A DNA stretch of 63,624 nucleotides, filler included. It is 5 parts of 5 records of this genome, joined end to end, with 100 filler letters (N's around TTAATTAATTAA, not from the genome) between each part and the next. Parts side by side here need not be neighbours in the genome. Positions count along the whole stretch, not along the records: positions 25,767 to 54,417 come from SRR22947725_532; 4 more parts are not named here. One strand, given 5' to 3'. The notes under the pieces are model-generated. The model was not told where the DNA came from and made no database searches. It saw nothing but the letters and a program-made list of their open reading frames with translations. The position numbers were made by a program, and so were the translations under genes. Of the stretch, positions 41,946 to 50,741 are shown piece after piece (position 1 is the first letter of the stretch; each line of letters opens with the position of its first letter).

Positions 41946-41971
41946 AAAACGTCCTTCATGGGCGTTTTTTT
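41946..41971. terminator. Bidirectional intrinsic terminator
   Basis: AAAACGTCC-TTCAT-GGGCGTTTTTTT between convergent genes. Confidence 0.72.
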
Positions 41972-42749
41972 ATGAAAAAATATCATTTAGAACTCCGGCT
42001 AAAGTTGATCCAGCTTTAAATAATTTATGTTTTATAAAAGGAATTTTATGATTTATATAATCTTTTTCAATATTAATAACATTCTTTATTTCAGGGTATA
42101 ATATTTTAACATCTTGATGCGTTTCATAAACCCATTCATCAGGGCTTAATGAAAAATCAACTTCATTCATTAACATTAACTCATCTGATATCTGAAGATA
42201 ATCCATATTTAAATATTCAATAATATGGATATCCCAAACAATATGAAAATTTGTAGGCTTTCCTAAAAAGGAAAGTTTTATGTCATTACCTCCCCTGTCC
42301 TCAAACATACCAGTATGTAATGGCTGGTGAATGTCACCAACTAAATGGATTAAAAATTTTAAATAAAAAGATTTAGACTCTTTACTTGATTCAGGATTTT
42401 TTAAAACTCTAATACACTCTTTTAAAGTCGTTACTATATCACCTTTTGGATTTTTTTGAATATCCGAATATTCTTTATCTAAAGGCATATTGACATAATG
42501 CCATGGACTGTATTTCTTATATAAAGGATCTGATTTTATTTCATCAGCCCAAGTACTAGCACTAGCCAAAGATTCACCATCTAACAAATCATTTACTATA
42601 AGCTTAACATTAGAGTTAAGTTTTCTTTCAGCAATTTCTCCAACAACCTTATGTCCAATACTTCCCCAAACAATAGAATTATCAAATGAATTGAAAGAAG
42701 AAAAAATAAAAAATATTAGAAAAAGAAAATAGATATTAAAATTTTTCAT
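41970..42749 (-). CDS. S1/P1 nuclease, secreted
   Basis: WGSIGH, WADEIK, WHYVN, HLVGDIHQPLH, DRGGN, HIVWD. Confidence 0.93.
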   Translation of the reverse strand: MKNFNIYFLFLIFFIFSSFNSFDNSIVWGSIGHKVVGEIAERKLNSNVKLIVNDLLDGESLASASTWADEIKSDPLYKKYSPWHYVNMPLDKEYSDIQKNPKGDIVTTLKECIRVLKNPESSKESKSFYLKFLIHLVGDIHQPLHTGMFEDRGGNDIKLSFLGKPTNFHIVWDIHIIEYLNMDYLQISDELMLMNEVDFSLSPDEWVYETHQDVKILYPEIKNVINIEKDYINHKIPFIKHKLFKAGSTLAGVLNDIFS

Positions 42750-43321
42750 AAAGAATTAAATTTATTTCTGTTTTTAAAAAAATCAAATCCAAATTTTAAA
42801 AAAACAATAATTAAAATTATAAAGGCAATTACATGAAATTTTTCCTGATCTGCACCTTCAAAATCTCCTCTGATCCTTGCCAAATAAGTCACTAAAAAAA
42901 CTATGCCAACATAATAGAAATATACTAAATGGTAATTAATTCTATTAATTTTGTTAATTATAAAAGGATAAATAATAATCATCATATAAGCTATTGCACC
43001 ACCTGTAATTTTTACAGGGATAATTGGCAACTCATTTAAATAAACTGACATAGCTAAATAACCAAAATGAATCACGTGTAAAATTCCAAAAATCAACACT
43101 ATTTCCTTTAGTTTATTAAAATTTTTATTCCTAATTAATGAAATATAAAAAACATAAAAACAATACAAATAAATAATTAATGATAATCTGCCAGAATATC
43201 TTGCAGAATATCTAAAAACGTCACCAAAATTTTCTTTGTATAAGTAGGAAAATAAAAAAATCAATAATTCAGTGAATATTCCTAGAAAAAGTAAAGTATT
43301 GAATGTTATTTTTTTTTGCAT
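42746..43321 (-). CDS. Hypothetical membrane protein (about 6 TM), weakly ferric-reductase/MsrQ-like
   Basis: ARYSGRLSL and FGILHVIHF in TM segments. The family call is tentative. Confidence 0.45.
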   Translation of the reverse strand: MQKKITFNTLLFLGIFTELLIFLFSYLYKENFGDVFRYSARYSGRLSLIIYLYCFYVFYISLIRNKNFNKLKEIVLIFGILHVIHFGYLAMSVYLNELPIIPVKITGGAIAYMMIIIYPFIINKINRINYHLVYFYYVGIVFLVTYLARIRGDFEGADQEKFHVIAFIILIIVFLKFGFDFFKNRNKFNSL

Positions 43322-43332
43322 TTCGATTAAAA

Positions 43333-44874
43333 TTAATGAAAAATAATATGAATTAATATCAAACTAATTAAAAGACACCATCCCAAAATTTTATTTTTTT
43401 CCGATGAAACATGAATCAGTTTAAATACATTTTTAATTCGATTGAGATTAAAAATAATGGCAACAAAGAGTCCAGAAAAAATAACCCAAAAAGCTCTAAG
43501 GAAATAATTCATATCAGGGAACAAAAATTGAAGAACTATATTTAAAGGCAGAGTTAAAAGAAATGCAATTAAAATTGATTTTTTAGAGGGTTTTAAAAGC
43601 ATAACAGCACTACATATTAAAACTACAACACCACAATTAATATAATATCTAAGATTATTTAGAGTATGTGTAAAAGCAGAATCAGGATCATCAAATTTTA
43701 AATAAAGTAATATCATTGCCATCAGAAGAGCTGTAAATAAACTAAAAACAATCGCTCTTCTGCCAGATCTTATCTTTTGAAAATCATTAGCCTTTTTATT
43801 AATATATTTTGAATATATGTCAACTGACCACAAAGTAGCTAATGAATTAAATGTCGAATCAACAGTACTCATAAGTGAAGCAAACAAACCACATAAAACT
43901 ACCCCTTTTAAACCTATTGGCAAATAAGTTTTAACTAAATATGGAAATGCTAAGTCTGGTTCAGCTAAACTGTCTCCCAAAATTCCATACAAAGCAATTC
44001 CAGGAATTACTATTATTACAGCCATTAAATATTTAATTAATCCTCCTATCATTAATCCAGATTGAGCATGAGAAACACTTTTTGCCGCAAGGGCTCTTTG
44101 CATTACAGTCTGATTAGCACACCAATAATTAATATTTAAAAAAAATAATCCAAGCAAATGAGTCCATGGTAGAGTAGAATGACTAGCTGGTAGATGAAGA
44201 TGCATTTTTTCAGGTGTTTTAACATATAATTGTTCCCACCCACCTAATTGATTAACAGCAATAAAACACACTACAATCCCGCCAATAAGTAATATAGAAA
44301 ATTGAATTATATCAGTTTTAACAACAGCATTCAGTCCTCCTAAATATGTATAAATCGCTGAGAATATCCCTAAAATACAAATAAGTATTGCTATTCTTAA
44401 AATTCTATTTTCATGTAGAAAAGAAAGCTGTTCTCCAAAGACCATTTCCGCAGCATATGCTCCCCAAAAAAGAGCAGCTCCAAGTGTAATAGTAGAAAAT
44501 AACGCAATATTGCTTAATGAATAGAAAAGGGCAATTTTATCTCCTAACTTTATTTTTATAAATTGTGTTATTGTTGTAATTCTTTCTTTTAAAAAAAGGG
44601 GAACAAAAATAAATGTGGCAATTAAAATACCCTGAACAGCATTAATTTCAAGATTCGCCTGAGCTAGTCCATATAAATATGCAGATCCCATCATACCAAG
44701 AAATTGATAACCTTGAATGTTTGTAGCAATTGTGGACAACGCAACTGAATACCATTTAAGGTTTCTATTGCTAAGAAAATACTCGTCAGCTGTACTTTTT
44801 TTATTAACCTTTCCTTTAATTGCCACCAAAAAAATTAAAATAAAATAGAATATAACTATAGTAAAATCTATCAT
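43333..44874 (-). CDS. Sodium:solute symporter (SLC5, vSGLT-like sugar transporter)
   Basis: EYFLSNR, TNIQGYQFLGMMG, YTYLGGLNAVVKTD, YWCANQTVMQRALAAKS, ASLMSTVDSTFNS..TLWSVDIY. Confidence 0.9.
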   Translation of the reverse strand: MIDFTIVIFYFILIFLVAIKGKVNKKSTADEYFLSNRNLKWYSVALSTIATNIQGYQFLGMMGSAYLYGLAQANLEINAVQGILIATFIFVPLFLKERITTITQFIKIKLGDKIALFYSLSNIALFSTITLGAALFWGAYAAEMVFGEQLSFLHENRILRIAILICILGIFSAIYTYLGGLNAVVKTDIIQFSILLIGGIVVCFIAVNQLGGWEQLYVKTPEKMHLHLPASHSTLPWTHLLGLFFLNINYWCANQTVMQRALAAKSVSHAQSGLMIGGLIKYLMAVIIVIPGIALYGILGDSLAEPDLAFPYLVKTYLPIGLKGVVLCGLFASLMSTVDSTFNSLATLWSVDIYSKYINKKANDFQKIRSGRRAIVFSLFTALLMAMILLYLKFDDPDSAFTHTLNNLRYYINCGVVVLICSAVMLLKPSKKSILIAFLLTLPLNIVLQFLFPDMNYFLRAFWVIFSGLFVAIIFNLNRIKNVFKLIHVSSEKNKILGWCLLISLILIHIIFH

Positions 44875-44880
44875 AAATAT

Positions 44881-46008
44881 TTATTTTCTTAATCCGTTTC
44901 CTAAAGGACTATCTGGATTCGATTTAGGTACTCTGTTAAATTTTTTTGAAAAATGAATATTATTGAATTTTGGTAAAACATATTTAGCAAATAATTCACA
45001 TTCATCTTGATGGGGATATCCAGACAGAATAAATGATTTTATACCCATATCTACATATCTCTTTAATTTATTGTAAACCTGATCTGGATCTCCAACAATT
45101 GCAGCTCCACATCCAGATCTAGCTAATCCTATTCCAGTCCAAAGGTTAGATTCTACATAATAATCTTTATCAGACCTTGTTCTTAGTGAAGATTGTATTG
45201 AAACTCCTAGTGATTTTGCATCCTGAGCTCTGTTTTTAATATCCTCACCTTTTTCAAAATCTAAATTTGAGATTAATTTATTAGCATATTCTTTAGCTTC
45301 TTTCTCTGTCTCTCTTACAATTACGTGAACTCTAAGTCCAAACTCAACTGTTCTATTATAAACAAGTGCCTTAGTTTTCATATTGGATATCAGAATTTTT
45401 AATTTATCCTCGGTATCTGGCCACATTAAATATACATCACAATGCTCAGCACACAAATCAACTCCATCTGGTGAATAACCACCAAAATATAGTAAAGGAC
45501 CACCATTTTCTTGAAAAGGCTTAACTGGTGCCGATGGTAAATTAATATTATAAAAATCTCCCGTAAAGTTAATTTCGTCCTTTGTCCAAGCTTGTTTTAA
45601 TATTTCTATAACTTCTCTTGATCTTGCGTATCGCTTTGAAGATTCAAGATTACTTCCTGGTAAATTAGAGGATATTATATTTATTGTAAGTCTTCCTTTT
45701 AAAATATGGTCTAACGTTGCTATAGCTCTGGCTAACATTGGAGGGTGAACCTCACCACACCTTATTGCTGCAAGAAAATTTATTTGTTTAGTTAAGGTGG
45801 CCATTGCAGAAACATATGTCAGAGTATCTTGACCTACTTGATAAGATGAAGGACATAATACATTAGTATAACCTAACTTATCTGCTGTTTTAATAATTCT
45901 TGATGTATTTTCCCATGTGCTTTTATACTTTGGATTTCTTGATCCTAAAACGTCATCATCTCCATCACATATGGGAGCAAACCAAGAAATTTCCACATCA
46001 TTTATCAT
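44881..46008 (-). CDS. LLM-class flavin-dependent monooxygenase, sulfoquinovose monooxygenase (SmoC/SquD)-like
   Basis: Motifs I recall from SmoC-type enzymes: EISWF, LCPSSYQVGQDTL, LAAIRCGE, ATLDHILKGRLTINIISS, RSREVIEILKQAWT, GGPLLYFGGYSP, HCDVYLMWP, GLRVH.IVR, LWTGIG.ARSGCGAA, SGYPH, C-terminal RVP..P..PLG.G.R. Confidence 0.78.
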   Translation of the reverse strand: MINDVEISWFAPICDGDDDVLGSRNPKYKSTWENTSRIIKTADKLGYTNVLCPSSYQVGQDTLTYVSAMATLTKQINFLAAIRCGEVHPPMLARAIATLDHILKGRLTINIISSNLPGSNLESSKRYARSREVIEILKQAWTKDEINFTGDFYNINLPSAPVKPFQENGGPLLYFGGYSPDGVDLCAEHCDVYLMWPDTEDKLKILISNMKTKALVYNRTVEFGLRVHVIVRETEKEAKEYANKLISNLDFEKGEDIKNRAQDAKSLGVSIQSSLRTRSDKDYYVESNLWTGIGLARSGCGAAIVGDPDQVYNKLKRYVDMGIKSFILSGYPHQDECELFAKYVLPKFNNIHFSKKFNRVPKSNPDSPLGNGLRK

Positions 46009-47665
46009 AATATTTTATTTTTTTAAACATTAAAGCATCCCAAGCAAGTAATTCAATTTGATTAGATGAAATTCTTGGTTTCGTATTTAGATTAGAAAAC
46101 TCTAAACTGTATTCTGTTAAATTATTAAAATTATAATTTATTAAACTATCAGACATGTTTAAAATAATTAAATATGTTGTTTTAAGTCCAACTCTTTGAT
46201 AAATAAATATGTTTTGATGATTAGGGTCTAAATCAAAATAATGTCCGTAAATAAGATCTTTTGACTGTTTTCTAATCTGTAAAAGTTTTCTGTAAAAATG
46301 AAAAATCGAATCCACATTATTCAAGTCATTTTCAACGTTGATTCTATCATGATTTGGATTAGATAAAAACCAATTATTATTTCCATTACTAAAACCTCCC
46401 TTCGTGCCGCTGCTCCACTGCATTGTTGTTCTGGAATGATCTCTTGATGTTTTATTTAAATGCAATATATATTCTTTTTTACTTATTCCTGAACTTATTG
46501 CTTTACTTAGATTTCCTAGAACTTCTAAATCATCAAACTGATTTAGCTCGGAAAAATTATAGTTTGTCATACCTATTTCTTCACCTTGGTATAGAATAGG
46601 TGTTCCTCTTTGAGTTAAAGTTAGCATAGCTAGCAATTTTGCAGATTTAATTCTATAGTCCTTATCATTTCCATATTTACTTACACTTCTTGGATTGTCA
46701 TGATTATTTAAAAAAACTGTAGGCCAGTGAAACTCATCTACACTAGACTGAGTGTTAAATAATTTTTTTAATTGAGCTAAATTCCATTTGTTTTGAATCC
46801 AATTTTCACGACCAATTCTAATAATATCAAATAAAAAAACTAAATCTAGTTCCTCTTCTCTTTCATCAGATAATTGGATCATTGTATCCTCACTAATACC
46901 AAATGCTTCACCAATTGAAAGAATATCATATTTAGAAAGAACCTTTGAATTCATTTCTTTCAAAAATTCATGTAGCCTTGGTCCTGAAGAATATACTTTC
47001 TCTGGATTTAAAAGTTCTTTTTTTGATAAGTTATTAAAATCTTGATCTTTGGAAATAAAAGGGATAACATCCATTCTAAAACCATCAATTCCTTTATCTA
47101 ACCAAAACTTCATAACATCATAAACCTCTTCTCTAACTTTATTATTTTCCCAATTTAAATCAGGTTGTTTTTTTGAAAAATAATGCAGATAATAATCATT
47201 AGAAATTGGATCTTTTTCCCAAGCAGAACCTCCAAAAAAAGAAGTCCAGTTATTTGGAGGAGAGTTTTTATCACCAGCTTTCCAAATGTAATAATCTCTA
47301 TACTTATTGTCTTTTGAAGATTTACTTTCAATAAACCAATTATGCTCATCACTGGAATGATTTACAACTAAATCTATGATTAATTTCATTTTTCTAATAT
47401 GTATTTCATTTAGTAACAGATCAAAATCCTCCATGGTTCCGAATTCTTCCATTACTTTCTTGTAATTTCTTATATCGTATCCATTATCTTCGTTAGGAGA
47501 ATCAAAATGAGGGCTAATCCATATTATATCAATCCCTAATAATTTTAAATAATCTAACTTTAAAATTATTCCTTTAATGTCCCCTATTCCGTCGTTATTA
47601 GAATCATAAAAAGATCTTGGATAAATCTGATACACAACTTGTTCCTTCCACCACTTTCTAATCAT
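45998..47665 (-). CDS. GH13 alpha-glucosidase (oligo-1,6-glucosidase subfamily)
   Basis: [22 protein letters not shown], catalytic DGFRMDV / IGEA / [14 protein letters not shown]. No signal peptide. Confidence 0.9.
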   Translation of the reverse strand: MIRKWWKEQVVYQIYPRSFYDSNNDGIGDIKGIILKLDYLKLLGIDIIWISPHFDSPNEDNGYDIRNYKKVMEEFGTMEDFDLLLNEIHIRKMKLIIDLVVNHSSDEHNWFIESKSSKDNKYRDYYIWKAGDKNSPPNNWTSFFGGSAWEKDPISNDYYLHYFSKKQPDLNWENNKVREEVYDVMKFWLDKGIDGFRMDVIPFISKDQDFNNLSKKELLNPEKVYSSGPRLHEFLKEMNSKVLSKYDILSIGEAFGISEDTMIQLSDEREEELDLVFLFDIIRIGRENWIQNKWNLAQLKKLFNTQSSVDEFHWPTVFLNNHDNPRSVSKYGNDKDYRIKSAKLLAMLTLTQRGTPILYQGEEIGMTNYNFSELNQFDDLEVLGNLSKAISSGISKKEYILHLNKTSRDHSRTTMQWSSGTKGGFSNGNNNWFLSNPNHDRINVENDLNNVDSIFHFYRKLLQIRKQSKDLIYGHYFDLDPNHQNIFIYQRVGLKTTYLIILNMSDSLINYNFNNLTEYSLEFSNLNTKPRISSNQIELLAWDALMFKKIKYYDK

Positions 47666-47802
47666 GTTTTTTTCTTACTTGACATTCTACATTTCTGACT
47701 ACAATAAATAACATTATCCCAGTTTTTTTCCCATTTTTTTCTCCATGAAAATGGAAAATTACAAATAGGACAAGTTTTTTGAGGAAGATTATATTTTTTC
47801 AT
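47662..47802 (-). CDS. DUF2256 small Cys4 protein, 46 aa (not in the ORF track)
   Basis: [51 protein letters not shown] overlap with the sulfatase and ATGA overlap with GH13. Confidence 0.85.
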   Translation of the reverse strand: MKKYNLPQKTCPICNFPFSWRKKWEKNWDNVIYCSQKCRMSSKKKT

Positions 47803-49337
47803 TAATTAAACAAAGAATGTTCATCTGGCCATGGGACTATTGAATTAGTTATTTTGTTGTAAGGCATTTGTGCATTAACTGATTTTAAATATTTTGTTAA
47901 AACATTAGCTAGTAACTGAGATTTTGAAGTGTTTACAGAAATTAAATTATTATTTTCAGAAATATCCTTCTCCAAATTATACAGTTCAATGATTTGAGTA
48001 TCATGAAAATAAATAAATTTCCATTTACCCTGTCTGACCGCACTGTAACTACCTATTCCAGGTCCAATTGGTCCCCACCAATTAGGATAATGCCAAAACA
48101 ATGGCTTTTGTTCAACAGTTTCGTTGTTTAACAGAGGAACAAAACTTTGACCATCAATATTTTGCACAAAACTACTTTCTTCACATTTTGTAAATTCTAA
48201 AATTGATGGAAAGAAATCGTCAATTATAACTGGGTGGTTAATTTCTCTAATATTAGTTTTATGAAATGGTGAATAAACAATCATAGGAACTCTTATACCT
48301 CCCTCATATATTGATCCTTTTCCACTTTTTAAAGGATAATTATGATTATGCTTTTCTCCCTCTCTAGCAACAGCACTCAAGCCTCCGTTATCAGACATAA
48401 ATACAACAATTGTATTTTTTAGAACATCCTTATTTTCAAGCTCTTTTAAAACAACACCTAATGCATGGTCCATACTTTCTACCATTGAAGCATATTTAAT
48501 TTCTGAGTTTTTTAAACCAATATTTTTATATTTTTCAACAAAACGATTATCCTCCATTAATGGTGCATGAACATTATATAAAGAAAAATAAAGAAAAAAA
48601 GGAGATTTTGAATTAATGGGTTTTTGTAATTTTTCTAAAACTTCTTCACTTAAAGCTTGAGTTAGAAAAATGTCTTTTCCATGATATTTTTCAAGTCCTG
48701 GAACTGCCCATATTTTATTTTTCGAATTATTATTTCCAAAATTATCTACACCCAAATAACTTTGAGGAGCACCAGCAGCGTGACCTGCTATATTAATGTC
48801 AAAACCAATATTTAATGGATTTGAAGATGGATATCCAATTGCACCAAGATGAGCCTTTCCTGCATGAATAGTATAATATCCATTGTCTTTTAAAATTTGT
48901 GGAAGTGGAGTAGCATAAATTGTATTTGAAATCGAATCTAAAGTTGACAGTCCATTATAATTCCAATCAGGAAACTCAAAAATTTTGTGATTAATTTCTG
49001 CTGGTTTTTTTTTATTAGGATTGAGAGTCCAATTAGTAACTCTATGCTTTGCAGCATTCATTCCTGTCATCAAACTTATTCTTGATGGTGAACAAACTGG
49101 AGTTGCATAAGCATTAGTGAATTTCACGCCCATATTAGCTAATATTTCCATATTAGGTGTATTGTAAAGCCTATTGAATTTAGTTTCGTTCTTCCAAAAT
49201 GAAACGGAAGTATCCTGCCATCCTAAATCATCTACCATAAACAAAACTATGTTAGGCTTACTAATTTCATTTGAGGAATTACAAGAAAGAAATAAAAAGG
49301 TAGTTAAAACAAAAAATGATCTTAATAATGTCATCAT
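47802..49337 (-). CDS. Formylglycine-dependent sulfatase (S1 family), lipoprotein
   Basis: Lipobox [49 protein letters not shown]. Start likely 49337 or 49334. Confidence 0.9.
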   Translation of the reverse strand: MMTLLRSFFVLTTFLFLSCNSSNEISKPNIVLFMVDDLGWQDTSVSFWKNETKFNRLYNTPNMEILANMGVKFTNAYATPVCSPSRISLMTGMNAAKHRVTNWTLNPNKKKPAEINHKIFEFPDWNYNGLSTLDSISNTIYATPLPQILKDNGYYTIHAGKAHLGAIGYPSSNPLNIGFDINIAGHAAGAPQSYLGVDNFGNNNSKNKIWAVPGLEKYHGKDIFLTQALSEEVLEKLQKPINSKSPFFLYFSLYNVHAPLMEDNRFVEKYKNIGLKNSEIKYASMVESMDHALGVVLKELENKDVLKNTIVVFMSDNGGLSAVAREGEKHNHNYPLKSGKGSIYEGGIRVPMIVYSPFHKTNIREINHPVIIDDFFPSILEFTKCEESSFVQNIDGQSFVPLLNNETVEQKPLFWHYPNWWGPIGPGIGSYSAVRQGKWKFIYFHDTQIIELYNLEKDISENNNLISVNTSKSQLLANVLTKYLKSVNAQMPYNKITNSIVPWPDEHSLFN

Positions 49338-49367
49338 AACAATATACAAAAATGAAAAAAAATATAC

Positions 49368-49387
49368 ATGTTAAGCTAGCTTAACAT
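49368..49387. promoter_or_regulatory. Perfect 20-bp palindrome, putative XRE operator 1
   Basis: ATGTTAAGCTAGCTTAACAT. Confidence 0.7.
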
Positions 49388-49395
49388 TATTTTTA

Positions 49396-49420
49396 TATAT
49401 TTGTAAAGTTAACTTAACAA
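49396..49420 (+). promoter_or_regulatory. -7 promoter element (TATATTTG, 49396-49403) overlapped by putative operator 2 (49401-49420)
   Basis: TTGTAAAGTTAACTTAACAA near-palindrome sharing TGTwAAG-N4-CTTAACA with operator 1. Confidence 0.68.
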
Positions 49421-49431
49421 ATAAATATAAA

Positions 49432-49845
49432 ATGAAACTTAAAATACTAAGAATTATGGCAATAATAACAGGATTAATTGGAACAACTTTATTTAATAGA
49501 TTTATGGAAGGAGGAGCACTTTTTATGTCTTTTGTTCTTATTTGTTTAATAATATCATTTTACTTCACTGTAAAATCTATTTTTAATATAAAATCAAATA
49601 TTGAAATTTCTAGAAAAATGCTTAAGCATATAAAGGATAGTGGCTCACTTGGACTAGCTTTAGGTGTTATGGGTTCATTTATAGGACTTATAACTGCTTT
49701 TGATGTTCTTGAAGCAACTGGAGAAGCGAATCCTTCAGTAATAGCTGGAGGCTTAAAAGTTGCCTTGCTATCAACTCTATTTGGACTATTTACTTATTCC
49801 GTTTCTAAATTTTCAATACTTATACTTCGAATTGTTCAAAAATAA
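49432..49845 (+). CDS. Stand-alone short MotA/TolQ/ExbB proton-channel-family protein
   Basis: EGG.LFM, GSLGLALGVMGSFIGLITAF, IAGGLKVALLSTLFGL. Confidence 0.75.
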   Translation: MKLKILRIMAIITGLIGTTLFNRFMEGGALFMSFVLICLIISFYFTVKSIFNIKSNIEISRKMLKHIKDSGSLGLALGVMGSFIGLITAFDVLEATGEANPSVIAGGLKVALLSTLFGLFTYSVSKFSILILRIVQK

Positions 49846-49849
49846 AATT

Positions 49850-50329
49850 ATGTTATTATCAAAAAAAGAAATATCAATTTTAATTGAGATTGTATATTCA
49901 ATTGTATTTGCATTAATATTTCTTCCATATTTTTATGAAAATCAAGAGAAAAATCTAATATTAATGGATGGTTTAGTTGAAAAAATAATTCAAATTATAA
50001 TATGTACAGTAATCTATTTTGCTATTGCCTATTCTGTATTAGAGGTTGCTTTTAAAAAAAAGGAAACTAGAGATGAAAGAGATGATATGATAAATTCAAA
50101 ATCGTATAAATTAGGTTATTTACTATATGAATTTTCCTTATTCATTTTTATTGGATATGTATGTTCTAAATTTCAAAATAAAGAATTATTAAATTTAACT
50201 GGAAACATTGAATTATATAGTAGTTTTCAATTAACAGATGCTGGAATTATCTTTATTGTTCTTGTTCTACTTGCATTTATATCAGTTATAAAATCAATAT
50301 ATCAATTTTACTTATATAGAACCGTTTAA
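49850..50329 (+). CDS. Membrane protein (DUF2178-like, DERD motif)
   Basis: Four TM segments with RDERDDMI between TM2 and TM3. True start is the ATG at 49850. Confidence 0.55.
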   Translation: MLLSKKEISILIEIVYSIVFALIFLPYFYENQEKNLILMDGLVEKIIQIIICTVIYFAIAYSVLEVAFKKKETRDERDDMINSKSYKLGYLLYEFSLFIFIGYVCSKFQNKELLNLTGNIELYSSFQLTDAGIIFIVLVLLAFISVIKSIYQFYLYRTV

Positions 50330-50330
50330 A

Positions 50331-50534
50331 ATGATATTAAAAAACAACTTGAAAGAAGTTAGACAAAACAAGGGTTTAACTCAAGAAGAACTAGGAGCAA
50401 ATGTTGGAGTCAGTAGACAAACAATTATTTCGATTGAAAGATACAGATATAAACCTACTCTAGAGCTGGCTATGAAATTAGCTGAAAAACTTAATATTAA
50501 AATTGAAAAATTATTCTATTTTGAACAAGAATAG
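50331..50534 (+). CDS. XRE-family HTH transcriptional regulator
   Basis: LKEVR...LTQEELG..VGVSRQTIISIE..RYKPTLELAMKLA...IEKLF. Confidence 0.92.
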   Translation: MILKNNLKEVRQNKGLTQEELGANVGVSRQTIISIERYRYKPTLELAMKLAEKLNIKIEKLFYFEQE

Positions 50535-50697
50535 TTTTAGAACTAAATATTGTGAAATCTGTAAAATAGATTATTCTACAATGTATAGAATTCAATTTCA
50601 ACCAACTAAAGAATGGGTTTTTTCTTGTAAAAATTGTCTTAGCATTGTAAAAAAAGATAATAAGTTTTACAGATATGGAGGCACTTGGAAAAAATAA
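50521..50697 (+). CDS. Small conserved Cys4 (zinc-ribbon-like) protein ending YRYGGTWK
   Basis: CEIC...MYRI...W.FSCKNC...YRYGGTWKK. Probable TTG start at 50521 (ORF track 50503). Confidence 0.62.
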   Translation: MNKNSFRTKYCEICKIDYSTMYRIQFQPTKEWVFSCKNCLSIVKKDNKFYRYGGTWKK

Positions 50698-50741
50698 GAT
50701 TTGGTTTTTCTCAAATGTTTTAATTGTCATATCTTTAAAAC

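Noticed and set aside
41970-42749. S1/P1 nuclease as an anti-phage defence gene
   Set aside because: It has a signal peptide and no defence-island context; nucleotide or phosphate scavenging is more parsimonious.
49760-49849. 86-nt overlap between the MotA-like gene and the next ORF, as a possible frameshift or overlapping gene
   Set aside because: Artefact of an upstream TTG call. The ATG at 49850 directly follows the MotA-like stop.
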